Translations under genes and position numbers: made by a program
The notes under the pieces: model-generated
What the model was told of the DNA's origin: nothing
Database searches by the model: none
Seen by the model: the letters and a program-made list of their open reading frames with translations, nothing else
Assembly (NCBI GenBank): GCA_964486045.1
Contig: CAZALK010000006.1
Location: 128,001-192,000 of the forward strand
Source: an uncultured archaeon
Lineage (GTDB): Archaea > Asgardarchaeota > Lokiarchaeia > Sigyniarchaeales > SOKP01
Direction of reading: 5' to 3'
DNA: 64,000 nucleotides
Shown: piece after piece, positions 18,563 to 27,639 of the stretch
How positions within the stretch are numbered: the first letter of the stretch is position 1
Layout: each line of letters starts with the position of its first letter

Positions 18563-18856
18563 ATGGCAGGTTCTGAATATATTAGTTGGAGTCCTATTAG
18601 GCGTCTTATGAAACTATAATAATCGACTGGATTATTTCTTCAAAATAATGGCGCTTTAATCGTTGCTCGTGATGCAGTTAACGAGCTCGTTGAATGGATG
18701 GGTAGTTCCGCTGAGAAACTTACTAAAAATGCTTTAGTTTTAACTAAACACTCTAAAAGAAAGAAAATCACGAGTTTCCTTTAGAATTCCTAAAAAAGCG
18801 TGAAAAATGATATTCTTTTAGCGATTAAATACTTCAAATCAGTTAAAATAAGCTAA
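18563..18856 (+). CDS. Archaeal histone-fold protein, split gene: join(18563..18614,18645..18774,18805..18856), 77 aa
   Basis: Joined translation MAGSEYISWSPIRRLMKHNGALIVARDAVNELVEWMGSSAEKLTKNALVLTKHSKRKKITRNDILLAIKYFKSVKIS has histone-fold hallmarks (PIRRLMK..GA..V..DA; H.KRK.I..xDI.LA); SD upstream, T18 tract downstream. Confidence 0.9.
18615..18644 (+). other. Putative BHB/BHL-type mRNA intron 1 (30 nt)
   Basis: Central helix TGAA/TTCA, bulges AC^T and AA^A, exon stem GCGTC-TTA/TAA-(T)-GGCGC, intron stem AATAATC/GATTATT; two in-frame TAA. Confidence 0.8.
18775..18804 (+). other. Putative BHB-type mRNA intron 2 (30 nt)
   Basis: Central helix CACG/CGTG, bulges AG^T and AA^A, intron stem TTTAG/CTAAA, exon stem CTAAAAGAA/TTCTTTTAG; in-frame TAG and TAA. 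Confidence 0.8.
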
Positions 18857-18878
18857 TGCGAACTTAAAATTATATATC

Positions 18879-18896
18879 TTTTTTTTTTTTTTTTTT
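18879..18896 (+). terminator. Poly-T terminator of the histone gene
   Basis: 18 consecutive T shortly after the stop codon. Confidence 0.7.
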
Positions 18897-18944
18897 ATAT
18901 TCTTATCTTATCAAAATTGATACAATTCAAGTTAAATGTTCCTC

Positions 18945-19430
18945 TTACTCCCATAATTCAAGAAAATCAAATTCTGAAAATGTGTTAATTCGTGGAAAAT
19001 GCTTTTTATCTTTTGTTATTAAAATAACTTTATTTGAAATTGCTATAGAAGCATTCAATAAATCAAATTGAGGCACTTGCTTCCCACTTTTATCTAAATC
19101 CGCGCAAATTTCGTCATAAATTTTACTAGAATTTGAATCTAATGTTTTTATTTCGGAAAGGTTGCTAATAAAACTATTTAATTTTTTTGCTTCAACAATT
19201 TGTTTCTGTTTAGATTTTAGAGCATAGATGCCGTACCACAATTCACCTGAAGTTATTTGAGTTATTGTTAAATCATTTCCCTGTGATATTAAATTTTTGA
19301 TTTTTCTTTCTACTTTTTCAAATATTTCTTGAATAAATTTTTTTGCCTTTTCAGGTGAACCTTTTGAAATATATTCAGATATAGCATCGAGGTCTAAGAG
19401 AGCGTCGGTAGACCATTTTATGTCAACCAT
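18945..19430 (-). CDS. Chimeric ORF: ParE/RelE toxin N-terminus fused to VapC C-terminal part
   Basis: IKWSTDALLDLDAISEYISKGSPEKAKKF is ParE-like; from KVE onward it closely matches the VapC at 16953-17381. Confidence 0.8.
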   Translation of the reverse strand: MVDIKWSTDALLDLDAISEYISKGSPEKAKKFIQEIFEKVERKIKNLISQGNDLTITQITSGELWYGIYALKSKQKQIVEAKKLNSFISNLSEIKTLDSNSSKIYDEICADLDKSGKQVPQFDLLNASIAISNKVILITKDKKHFPRINTFSEFDFLELWE

Positions 19431-19609
19431 TTTTTCATTCTTTCCTTTGCATCTTCATGTGTAAGAAAATTTCCATCTTTAATTTGTTGCTGAGCTTTAA
19501 TAATTCTCTCATTAACATACAATCGATATGTAATTTCTTCTACAGGTAAATCATCAGGAAGAGATTTAATAAAATTTAATACTTTATCTTTTGAAGATAA
19601 TGGTGGCAT
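19418..19609 (-). CDS. Putative antitoxin of a ParE/RelE module
   Basis: 63 aa, KDKVLNFIKSLPDD..LTHEDAKERMKKW; overlaps the start of the ParE-like ORF. Confidence 0.7.
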   Translation of the reverse strand: MPPLSSKDKVLNFIKSLPDDLPVEEITYRLYVNERIIKAQQQIKDGNFLTHEDAKERMKKWLT

Positions 19610-19984
19610 ACTAGAGATATAGAAATTTGATAATAAATATTTTTATACAGCTTGAAATTGTATGTGAACAATGTAATTTCTTTAAGTATTTTCCCAACAC
19701 CCCGATTTAATTCAATTTGTTATTTTAGTATGGTCACTAAGGGATAGGGGACAAATTTTGGCATATAACACTTGTTCTTTGAAAAATTTAAAGGTAAATA
19801 ATATTCTGCATCATGATCTAAATGATATCTATTTATATCAATCCGATAAATAAAGATATTATCTCAATACAATACAGCTTGATTTTTTTTTACTTTCTTT
19901 CTCTTAAACTCTTTTTTAATCTACTTCATATTTTTCTGTATTATCTAATTAAGGTGGATAAAAAAGACAATCGTTAACTGCAGT

Positions 19985-22786
19985 TTATTTCAAAAATAAT
20001 CGTATAGTAAAAGTGGATCCTTTATTCCGTCCTTTAGATTTTACAAAAATTTCACCTTTATGTAATTTAATGATTTCACTTGCGATATACAATCCAAGAC
20101 CTGGTCCTTCAATATCCACATCCATGCGTTTTCCGTACCTTTCTATTTTACCAAATTTTTTAAACAGGGTTGTCATTTCTTTATCGGTTAATCCTACACC
20201 CGTGTCTCTTATGATTATATCCATAAAATTTTGATGTTTAACTGATTTGATATATACGTCACCATTGGGTTGGGTGTTCTTAACAGCATTAGATAATAGA
20301 TTTAAAATTGCTTTTTTAATCATTCCTTTATCTATGTCTGCAATTAAATCGGTAGGAAGCTCAAGATTTATGATTATTTTACGTTTGTCAGCCTGAAAAA
20401 CTAATACTTCAACACACTCCTTTATTATAAGATTTATATCTTCTCTTTTTATATTTATCCTTATTTGACCAGTTTCTATTTCAAAGGCGGTAATTAAATT
20501 ATCAACCATTTCTTTTAATCTATAACCTCCTTGATGGATAATTTTAATAACATTTTCTACTTCATTATTCATCTTGTCATTAAAATAATCTAAAAGAAAT
20601 TGAGAACCAGTCAAAATGGAAGTTAACGGAGTGTTTAGTTCATGGGAAATTCTTGATATAAGATCATTTCTTAATTGATCGAGTTCTTTTAATTGTTTTA
20701 TTTCTCTTTTTATCATATCATCAATTTTTTTTCTTTCTGTGTTATCGCTTACTAATCCAAAAACTTTAAATTCATTATTAATTTCCACTAGGCTCCATCT
20801 AGCAGAGATTGGTACAAAGTATCCTTTTTTATGTTTTATTCTACATTCTATAAATACAGCTTTTTTAGTTTCTAATGCTTTTTCAGCTGTTTCATTAAAC
20901 AAATTCAAATCTTTAAGGTGTACAAATTCCCTAAAATTCAATCCAATTAATTCCTCTGATTGATATCCAATTAAATTATTTATTTGGGGACTAATATAGG
21001 TTAGAATCCCACTAGGTTCAGCTTCCAACAAAACATCAGAAATGTTGTTTATTAAATTTTGGATTTTTTCCTCTGATTCCTTTAATTTTATAGTCCTATC
21101 CTCTACTTTTTGTTCTAAAATGTTACTCAATCTTCTATATTTCTGCTCTGATTTCTCCAATGACTTTAGTGTTTGACTATTAAAAAGCGATATTGAAGTT
21201 AATTCGGCAAATGCGGTAACTATCCTTGATTCTTCGTCTGTAAATTCCCTTTCCTCCCTTGTTAAACCCATCAAACCTTTTACCTCATCGTTAATTATTA
21301 ATGGGGCAATTAATACATTTTTGAGTGGAACATGCCCTTTGGGTAAGAATTTTATCCAATCACTAGTAGAAAAGTCATTATAGTACATTGTTTTTTTGGA
21401 TTTGATTACCTCAGCTCGCATTCCTCTAATTAGCATTGGTAAATCTGGATCTACTTCGTTTGTCAAACTTTTAGGATTTATAAAAATTTTTTGCTGTTCT
21501 TTCTTACTTGGTGCTAATATTGCAATATAACCTGCATCCGCTCCAATTAAATTATTACAAGAATTAAATATCATTCTTTGGGCTTTTTCAAAATTAATAT
21601 ATTGTAAAACCGCCGTTGAAGCATCAAAAAGCATTGAAATTTCTTTATTTCGATTTTTTAAAGCTTCTTCCGCCTCTTTGCGTTCGGTGATATCTCGAGC
21701 AACACTAATAATTGTGTTTTTTCCCCCGAACTTAAAAACTCGAGAGCTAATTTCAATAGGAACGATGTTTCCATCTTTTGTTATATGTTCAGCTTCTATC
21801 ATGAGCTTTCCTTTTTCATGAAGAGTTTTTATATTTGCTTGTATATCAATTTTATATCCTGGAGGAGTTATATCTTTAGGAGTCAACTTCAATAATTCTT
21901 CTCTGGTATAACCCAATCGTTCGCAAGCTGTTTGATTTACCTCAATAAATTGACTACCTCTGTCATGAATGAAAATCGCATCATTAGTATTTTCAAATAG
22001 GGCTCTAAATTTTTCCTCAGAATTTTTTAAAGCTTCTTCCGCCTCTTTGCGTTCGGTGATATCTCGAGCAACACTAATAATTGTGTTTTTTCCCCCGAAC
22101 TTAAAAACTCGAGAGCTAATTTCAATAGGAACGATGTTTCCATCTTTTGTTATATGTTCAGCTTCTATCATGAGCTTTCCTTTTTCATGAAGAGTTTTTA
22201 TATTTGCTTGTATATCAATTTTATATCCTGGAGGAGTTATATCTTTAGGAGTCAACTTCAATAATTCTTCTCTGGTATAACCCAATCGTTCGCAAGCTGT
22301 TTGATTTACCTCAATAAATTGACTACCTCTGTCATGAATGAAAATCGCATCATTAGTATTTTCAAATAGGGCTCTAAATTTTTCCTCAGAATTTTTTAAA
22401 GCTTCTTCCGCCTCTTTGCGTTCGGTGATATCTCGAGCAACACTAATAATTGTGTTTTTTCCCCCGAACTTAAAAACTCGAGAGCTAATTTCAATAGGAA
22501 CGATGTTTCCATCTTTTGTTATATGTTCAGCTTCTATCATGAGCTTTCCTTTTTCATGAAGAGTTTTTATATTTGCTTGTATATCAATTTTATATCCTGG
22601 AGGAGTTATATCTTTAGGAGTCAACTTCAATAATTCTTCTCTGGTATAACCCAATCGTTCGCAAGCTGTTTGATTTACCTCAATAAATTGACTACCTCTG
22701 TCATGAATGAAAATCGCATCATTAGTATTTTCAAATAGGGCTCTAAATTTTTCCTCAGATTCTTTAATTTCTTGTTCTGTCTTCAT
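19985..22786 (-). CDS. PAS-PAS-PAS-GAF-PAS sensor histidine kinase
   Basis: SHELNTPLT H-box, NLLSNAVK, DTGVG, GLGLYI; repeated PAS domains. Confidence 0.95.
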   Translation of the reverse strand: MKTEQEIKESEEKFRALFENTNDAIFIHDRGSQFIEVNQTACERLGYTREELLKLTPKDITPPGYKIDIQANIKTLHEKGKLMIEAEHITKDGNIVPIEISSRVFKFGGKNTIISVARDITERKEAEEALKNSEEKFRALFENTNDAIFIHDRGSQFIEVNQTACERLGYTREELLKLTPKDITPPGYKIDIQANIKTLHEKGKLMIEAEHITKDGNIVPIEISSRVFKFGGKNTIISVARDITERKEAEEALKNSEEKFRALFENTNDAIFIHDRGSQFIEVNQTACERLGYTREELLKLTPKDITPPGYKIDIQANIKTLHEKGKLMIEAEHITKDGNIVPIEISSRVFKFGGKNTIISVARDITERKEAEEALKNRNKEISMLFDASTAVLQYINFEKAQRMIFNSCNNLIGADAGYIAILAPSKKEQQKIFINPKSLTNEVDPDLPMLIRGMRAEVIKSKKTMYYNDFSTSDWIKFLPKGHVPLKNVLIAPLIINDEVKGLMGLTREEREFTDEESRIVTAFAELTSISLFNSQTLKSLEKSEQKYRRLSNILEQKVEDRTIKLKESEEKIQNLINNISDVLLEAEPSGILTYISPQINNLIGYQSEELIGLNFREFVHLKDLNLFNETAEKALETKKAVFIECRIKHKKGYFVPISARWSLVEINNEFKVFGLVSDNTERKKIDDMIKREIKQLKELDQLRNDLISRISHELNTPLTSILTGSQFLLDYFNDKMNNEVENVIKIIHQGGYRLKEMVDNLITAFEIETGQIRINIKREDINLIIKECVEVLVFQADKRKIIINLELPTDLIADIDKGMIKKAILNLLSNAVKNTQPNGDVYIKSVKHQNFMDIIIRDTGVGLTDKEMTTLFKKFGKIERYGKRMDVDIEGPGLGLYIASEIIKLHKGEIFVKSKGRNKGSTFTIRLFLK
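21653..22759. repeat. Three tandem 369-bp repeats, identical by eye (one PAS domain each)
   Basis: Units 21653-22021, 22022-22390, 22391-22759; identical translations in the ORF track. Confidence 0.97.
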
Positions 22787-22815
22787 ATCTTAATCTCTCT
22801 CTAATATTTTTTTTA

Positions 22816-22854
22816 ATATTCATATCATATGATTATATCATATAATATGAATAT
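22816..22854. promoter_or_regulatory. 18-bp inverted repeat (1 mismatch, 3-nt spacer), candidate operator
   Basis: ATATTCATATCATATGAT-TAT-ATCATATAATATGAATAT, 30 bp upstream of the kinase start. Confidence 0.5.
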
Positions 22855-23195
22855 GATCATGTATTTAGATGGTGAGATAAATGATACAAAAAACACCATC
22901 AACAAGGCTTCTCAATCATTTGATAATTATAAAGACGACGTCAAAATGAATCAATAAGAACATCAATATTTAGTTGACATCAAGACTGATCTCTTGATAT
23001 CTTTAAAAGTAAAACATTTCCTTGCTGGAAATATGAAAAAGATGTCATTTTTTCTTCAGTAAACTTCTAATTGAAAAGAATTTTATATATTTCAAAATTT
23101 GTTAAACTTCGCTGATGAACTAATTTGATTTAGTGAGTACATTGCTATATTTGTTCCTAAGGGAAAATATTATGAAAGATTTTTTGTTTTACTAA

Positions 23196-25379
23196 TTGTT
23201 AAATATAGGGATTTATACTAAATATTTACATAAAAAAGATCTAACAATTATGTCATATGACGGTAAAAACATCAGTGGAAAATTACAAGCAAGTGAAATA
23301 AAATATAGAGCCATCTTCGAGCAAGCAGCAGACTCAATTATTATTATTGATCCAGAGACAGGTGAGTTGGTATTATTTAACAATAAAAGCTACGAAAGTT
23401 TAGGATACACGCATGAGGAATTTGAAAAAATTAAAATTCCTGACTTAGAAGTTATTGAATCTCCAGAGGAAGTCAAGAAACATATTGAAAAAGTTCTTAG
23501 AGATGGAGATGATGTTTTTGAAACCAAACATCGAACGAAAGATGGAAAAATCAGAGATATTTTAGTAACCTATAAGGTTATTTCTATTCATGGGAAAAAA
23601 TATATTCAATCTCTCTTTCGTGACATTACTGATATAAAGAAAACAGAAAGACAATCAAAAGAATCAAAGGAAAAACTTAGCTATGTAAAAAATAATATTT
23701 CTATAATTTTAGGTTTTGTTTTTTCAGCTTTTTATTTACTTATAGAGGGATTACTTGACAACTATATTTTCCTTCATACTGAGTTCCTCTTTCAGGATAT
23801 ATTTACAATTGATCCTCACGAGATTCTTGTGCATCTAATCCCAATCAGTTTAATGGTATTTGCTGGTATATTCAGCCAATATTTGATCAACGCACAAAGA
23901 AGAGCTGAAGATAAATTAAAAGAAGCTCAACGTGATCTTATGGAGAGAGTTAAGGAAATAACTTGTTTATATGAATTAACTAAGCTTATTGAGAAACCAG
24001 AAATATCACAAGAGGCAATACTACTAGGGACCCTAGATTTGATCCCCCCTGCATGGCAATTTCCAGAAATAACATGTGCAAGAATAAATTTTGATAATAC
24101 AGAGTTTAAAACAAATAATTTCAAAGAAACTGAATGGAAATTGTCTTCTAGTGTAATTGTAAATGAAAAATTGATGGAGATTGAGGTCTACTATTTTGAA
24201 GATAAGCCTTTTCTTGAAGAAGAAAGATCTTTAATTTATGATATTGGATACCGTTTAAAAGTAATTATCGAAAAAAAGGAAGCTAAACAAAAATTAAAAG
24301 ATTCAAAACAAAAATTTAAGGTACTATTTAATAGCGTAAACGATGCAATCTTTATTATTAGCACTAGTGGTCGATTTATAGAGGTTAATAAAACCGCTTG
24401 TGAAAGATTAGGCTATTCAAAGGAGGAATTTTTAAAGATGACCCCTAATGATATCGCTCCTCAAGAATTAAGATCCGTGTTAGAGAAAGGAATTAAGAAA
24501 ACGTTAGGAAACGGTCATACGTTTATTGAAACGATTCATCAAACAAAAACCGGGCGTGAGATACCAACTGAAGTTAATACTCGAAAGATTAAATATGATG
24601 GAAATTGGGCGATTATTGGTGTGGCTCGTGATATTACTAAACGAAAACGAGCTGAAACTTTATTAAAAGAATCTGAAGCTAAATATCGTGAAGCATTTGA
24701 TAGAACAAATTTTTATAAAGATATCTTAACTCACGACATGAACAATATTCTTCAAGTTATTCAGTTGTCTTTAGAGATAAGCTTAATGGATGAGAAAATT
24801 TCTAAGAAATCGAAAGAATCACTTGATTCGATTCAAAATCAAGTCATTAGAGGGTCAAAGCTAATTTCTAACGTTCAGAAATTAACTCAACTTGAAGAAT
24901 CTCAATTACATAACATTGATATATATAAAGTTTTGATGGATTCTTTAAATTTCTTACAACTGAGTTTTCCAAAGAAAAAGATAAATGTAAAAGTTGAAAC
25001 TCCTCGGAAAAGCTATTTAGTTAAAGCAAATAAAATTATCCGAGAAATATTTGAAAATATACTAATTAACGCTGTAAATTATAACCAGAATTCAGCGGTA
25101 GAAATTCTGATAAGATTTTCCGAAAAACAAAAAGATGACAATAATTTTATAAAAATAGAATTCATGGATAATGGGAGAGGTATACCTGATTCAATAAAAA
25201 AAATAATTTTTCATAAAGGTTTTTTGGAGGAAAAACAATCTACAGGAATGGGTATTGGGTTAACGCTTGTAAAAAAAGCTATTGAAACTTATAATGGACA
25301 AATATGGGTTGAAGATAAAATCATTGGAGATTATACTAAGGGGAGTAATGTTATTATAATGATTCCTGAAGTTGTTTAG
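23196..25379 (+). CDS. Membrane-bound PAS sensor histidine kinase
   Basis: PAS, 2 TM segments, PAS, THDMNN H-box, NILINAV, DNGRGI, GMGIGL; alternative ATG at 23250. Confidence 0.93.
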   Translation: MLNIGIYTKYLHKKDLTIMSYDGKNISGKLQASEIKYRAIFEQAADSIIIIDPETGELVLFNNKSYESLGYTHEEFEKIKIPDLEVIESPEEVKKHIEKVLRDGDDVFETKHRTKDGKIRDILVTYKVISIHGKKYIQSLFRDITDIKKTERQSKESKEKLSYVKNNISIILGFVFSAFYLLIEGLLDNYIFLHTEFLFQDIFTIDPHEILVHLIPISLMVFAGIFSQYLINAQRRAEDKLKEAQRDLMERVKEITCLYELTKLIEKPEISQEAILLGTLDLIPPAWQFPEITCARINFDNTEFKTNNFKETEWKLSSSVIVNEKLMEIEVYYFEDKPFLEEERSLIYDIGYRLKVIIEKKEAKQKLKDSKQKFKVLFNSVNDAIFIISTSGRFIEVNKTACERLGYSKEEFLKMTPNDIAPQELRSVLEKGIKKTLGNGHTFIETIHQTKTGREIPTEVNTRKIKYDGNWAIIGVARDITKRKRAETLLKESEAKYREAFDRTNFYKDILTHDMNNILQVIQLSLEISLMDEKISKKSKESLDSIQNQVIRGSKLISNVQKLTQLEESQLHNIDIYKVLMDSLNFLQLSFPKKKINVKVETPRKSYLVKANKIIREIFENILINAVNYNQNSAVEILIRFSEKQKDDNNFIKIEFMDNGRGIPDSIKKIIFHKGFLEEKQSTGMGIGLTLVKKAIETYNGQIWVEDKIIGDYTKGSNVIIMIPEVV

Positions 25380-25412
25380 ATTTCTAATTTATTTAATCTT
25401 ATAAAATAAATT

Positions 25413-26261
25413 TTACGACCTAGATATATAATACCTGAATTTTTCATCATCAATCTGCCATGCTTCAAAAAAATCAAAAGCTTTCTTAATGTTCCATAGG
25501 TTCTTTATGTTTTTGACGCCATTATAGAGATCTGTTAAAAGGTTTTTATCACAAGGATACTTCTGGTGTGACGGATAGAGTTCAAGATCTGGTTGCTCTT
25601 CACAAATTCTCATTAATTTGGACAGAGATTCAAGAACAACTGGAAATAAATCTCTCTTAGGTAGAAATATATCTCCATAATATGCTACATCACTTGTAAA
25701 AAGTTCTCCCTTGCTTGAAAGTAAACAAATTGAACCTGGAGAATGTCCAGGGCAATGGATAATCTCAACTTCTAATTCTCCTAAATCAAAAATGTCTCCA
25801 TCTCTTAATGGTTTAACCCTTTTTGCTGGGGGGATTAAAAAGTTTTGTTTCGCATATCGTTTTACAATTTCATTTGGAGAATCTTTAAAGTAGGATACAT
25901 CATAGGGTTTTGAAACAAGTTCTACTTCACTTTCATGGATATAAACCTCCCCAAATTCAACATTTCCAAGAGGATGATCCCAATGATAATGAGTGTTGAG
26001 AACTAATAGCTTTCTCTTATCTATTAAATCGTCTACAATTGGTTTTAGAGGAGACAAACCACATCCAGTATCGATTTGGAGTGCTGTATGAGATCCCAAA
26101 AGTAAGTACATATTTAGAGGATCATTTCTATAAACAGGATGAACAATTGAGATATTCTCCTTAATTACATATAAATAGTCTTTATGCTTTGAAATTTCAA
26201 AATGATGGGTATCGTTACTCATAATTCCTATTAATTTTTGACGTTTTATAATGAACCACAT
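25413..26261 (-). CDS. MBL-fold metallo-hydrolase
   Basis: THYHWDH, PGHSPGS; alternative ATG at 26222. Confidence 0.92.
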   Translation of the reverse strand: MWFIIKRQKLIGIMSNDTHHFEISKHKDYLYVIKENISIVHPVYRNDPLNMYLLLGSHTALQIDTGCGLSPLKPIVDDLIDKRKLLVLNTHYHWDHPLGNVEFGEVYIHESEVELVSKPYDVSYFKDSPNEIVKRYAKQNFLIPPAKRVKPLRDGDIFDLGELEVEIIHCPGHSPGSICLLSSKGELFTSDVAYYGDIFLPKRDLFPVVLESLSKLMRICEEQPDLELYPSHQKYPCDKNLLTDLYNGVKNIKNLWNIKKAFDFFEAWQIDDEKFRYYISRS

Positions 26262-26448
26262 TTAAAATTTATAATATTGCATAAAAATCTTTGGCATCCG
26301 AGATATGTGGATTTCATCATGAAGAGATAAATCAAGATGAATACTTTCTTTAAACTAGCTTGGATTGATAAAATATAATTATTATCATTAACTAATTTTT
26401 TCAATAGTTAGATTTTGAATAAATAAACAAACTATAAGTTGTTGTAAA

Positions 26449-27612
26449 ATGGATTTTGCATTAAATGACCAACAAAAAATGTTGAAAAAGATCACAAGAG
26501 AATTTGCTGAAGAATATATCGCCCCCGTTGCAGAGGAGAGCGATCATAATTCAAAGTTAGATGAAAAAGTTTTTCAAAAAATGAAGGAAATGAATTATTT
26601 TGGCTCATGTATTCCTGAAGAATATGGTGGAGCCGGCCTTCATGAAGATACAATCAGTTTTAGTATCGTAACTGAGGAGATTGGTAGAGTAGATGCATCG
26701 TGGGGAATTACTACGGGTGTTCATTGTAGTGTTTGTGCATACCCTATTTTTAAATTTGGGACTGAAGACCAAAAGCAAAGATTTCTAATAGATCTTGCCA
26801 AGGGAAATAAAATAGGGGCGTTTTGTTTAACGGAAGCCAATGCTGGTTCAGATGCAGGAGGAGTTCAACTAAGCGCTGTAAAAGATGGCGATGAATGGAT
26901 ATTAAATGGAAGCAAGATTTTTGCTACAAATGGTGGAATTGCTAAAACTTTACTTATAGTGGCAAAATCGGGAGAAAAAGGATCCAGAAAAGAGTTAACG
27001 ATCTTTATCGTTGATGCTGATACTCCTGGTTATTCATTAGGTGTAAAGGAAGACAAGCTTGGAGTTCGAGCTTCAGACACATCCGAACTCGTTTTTCAAG
27101 ATGTTCATGTTCCTCATGAAAACATTTTGGGTAAGGTTGGAGAGGGTTTTAGGCTAGCTATGAAAATTTTAGATTACGGTAGAATATCTATTGCGGCTCA
27201 ATGTGTAGGCTTAGGTCAAGCTTGTTTAGAAGCTTCCATTAAATATGCAAATGAAAGAATACAATTCGGACAACCGATTGGACGATTTCAAGGTATTCAA
27301 TGGAAAATATCAGATATGGCGTGTGGAGTTGAATCTGGAAGATTATTAACATATAAAGCTGCATACATGTGTGACACTGGAGTGGAATATGGATTGGCTA
27401 GTGCTATGGCAAAATTAGTTGCATCTGAAGCAGCGATGAAAGCCGCTCATAGTGGGGTTCAAATTCATGGAGGGTATGGCTTAATGAAAGCATATGCAGT
27501 AGAAAGATACTTTAGGGATGCCAAAGTGGGAGAAATATATGAGGGGACTAGTGAAATTCAAAGGATGGTTATAGCAAATCGATTATTAAAAAAGGGGGCT
27601 AACATCTTATAA
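26449..27612 (+). CDS. Acyl-CoA dehydrogenase (butyryl-CoA dehydrogenase-like)
   Basis: FCLTEANAGSD, GRISIAAQ, QIHGGYG, IYEGTSEIQR. Confidence 0.95.
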   Translation: MDFALNDQQKMLKKITREFAEEYIAPVAEESDHNSKLDEKVFQKMKEMNYFGSCIPEEYGGAGLHEDTISFSIVTEEIGRVDASWGITTGVHCSVCAYPIFKFGTEDQKQRFLIDLAKGNKIGAFCLTEANAGSDAGGVQLSAVKDGDEWILNGSKIFATNGGIAKTLLIVAKSGEKGSRKELTIFIVDADTPGYSLGVKEDKLGVRASDTSELVFQDVHVPHENILGKVGEGFRLAMKILDYGRISIAAQCVGLGQACLEASIKYANERIQFGQPIGRFQGIQWKISDMACGVESGRLLTYKAAYMCDTGVEYGLASAMAKLVASEAAMKAAHSGVQIHGGYGLMKAYAVERYFRDAKVGEIYEGTSEIQRMVIANRLLKKGANIL

Positions 27613-27639
27613 GCTCACCCATTGAAATTGTGAATAATT

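Noticed and set aside
18563-18856. Histone locus read as an ordinary pseudogene
   Set aside because: All stops lie inside two 30-nt blocks bounded by BHB geometry, while exons, SD and terminator are intact. Random decay is unlikely to give this, though it is not excluded without RNA data.
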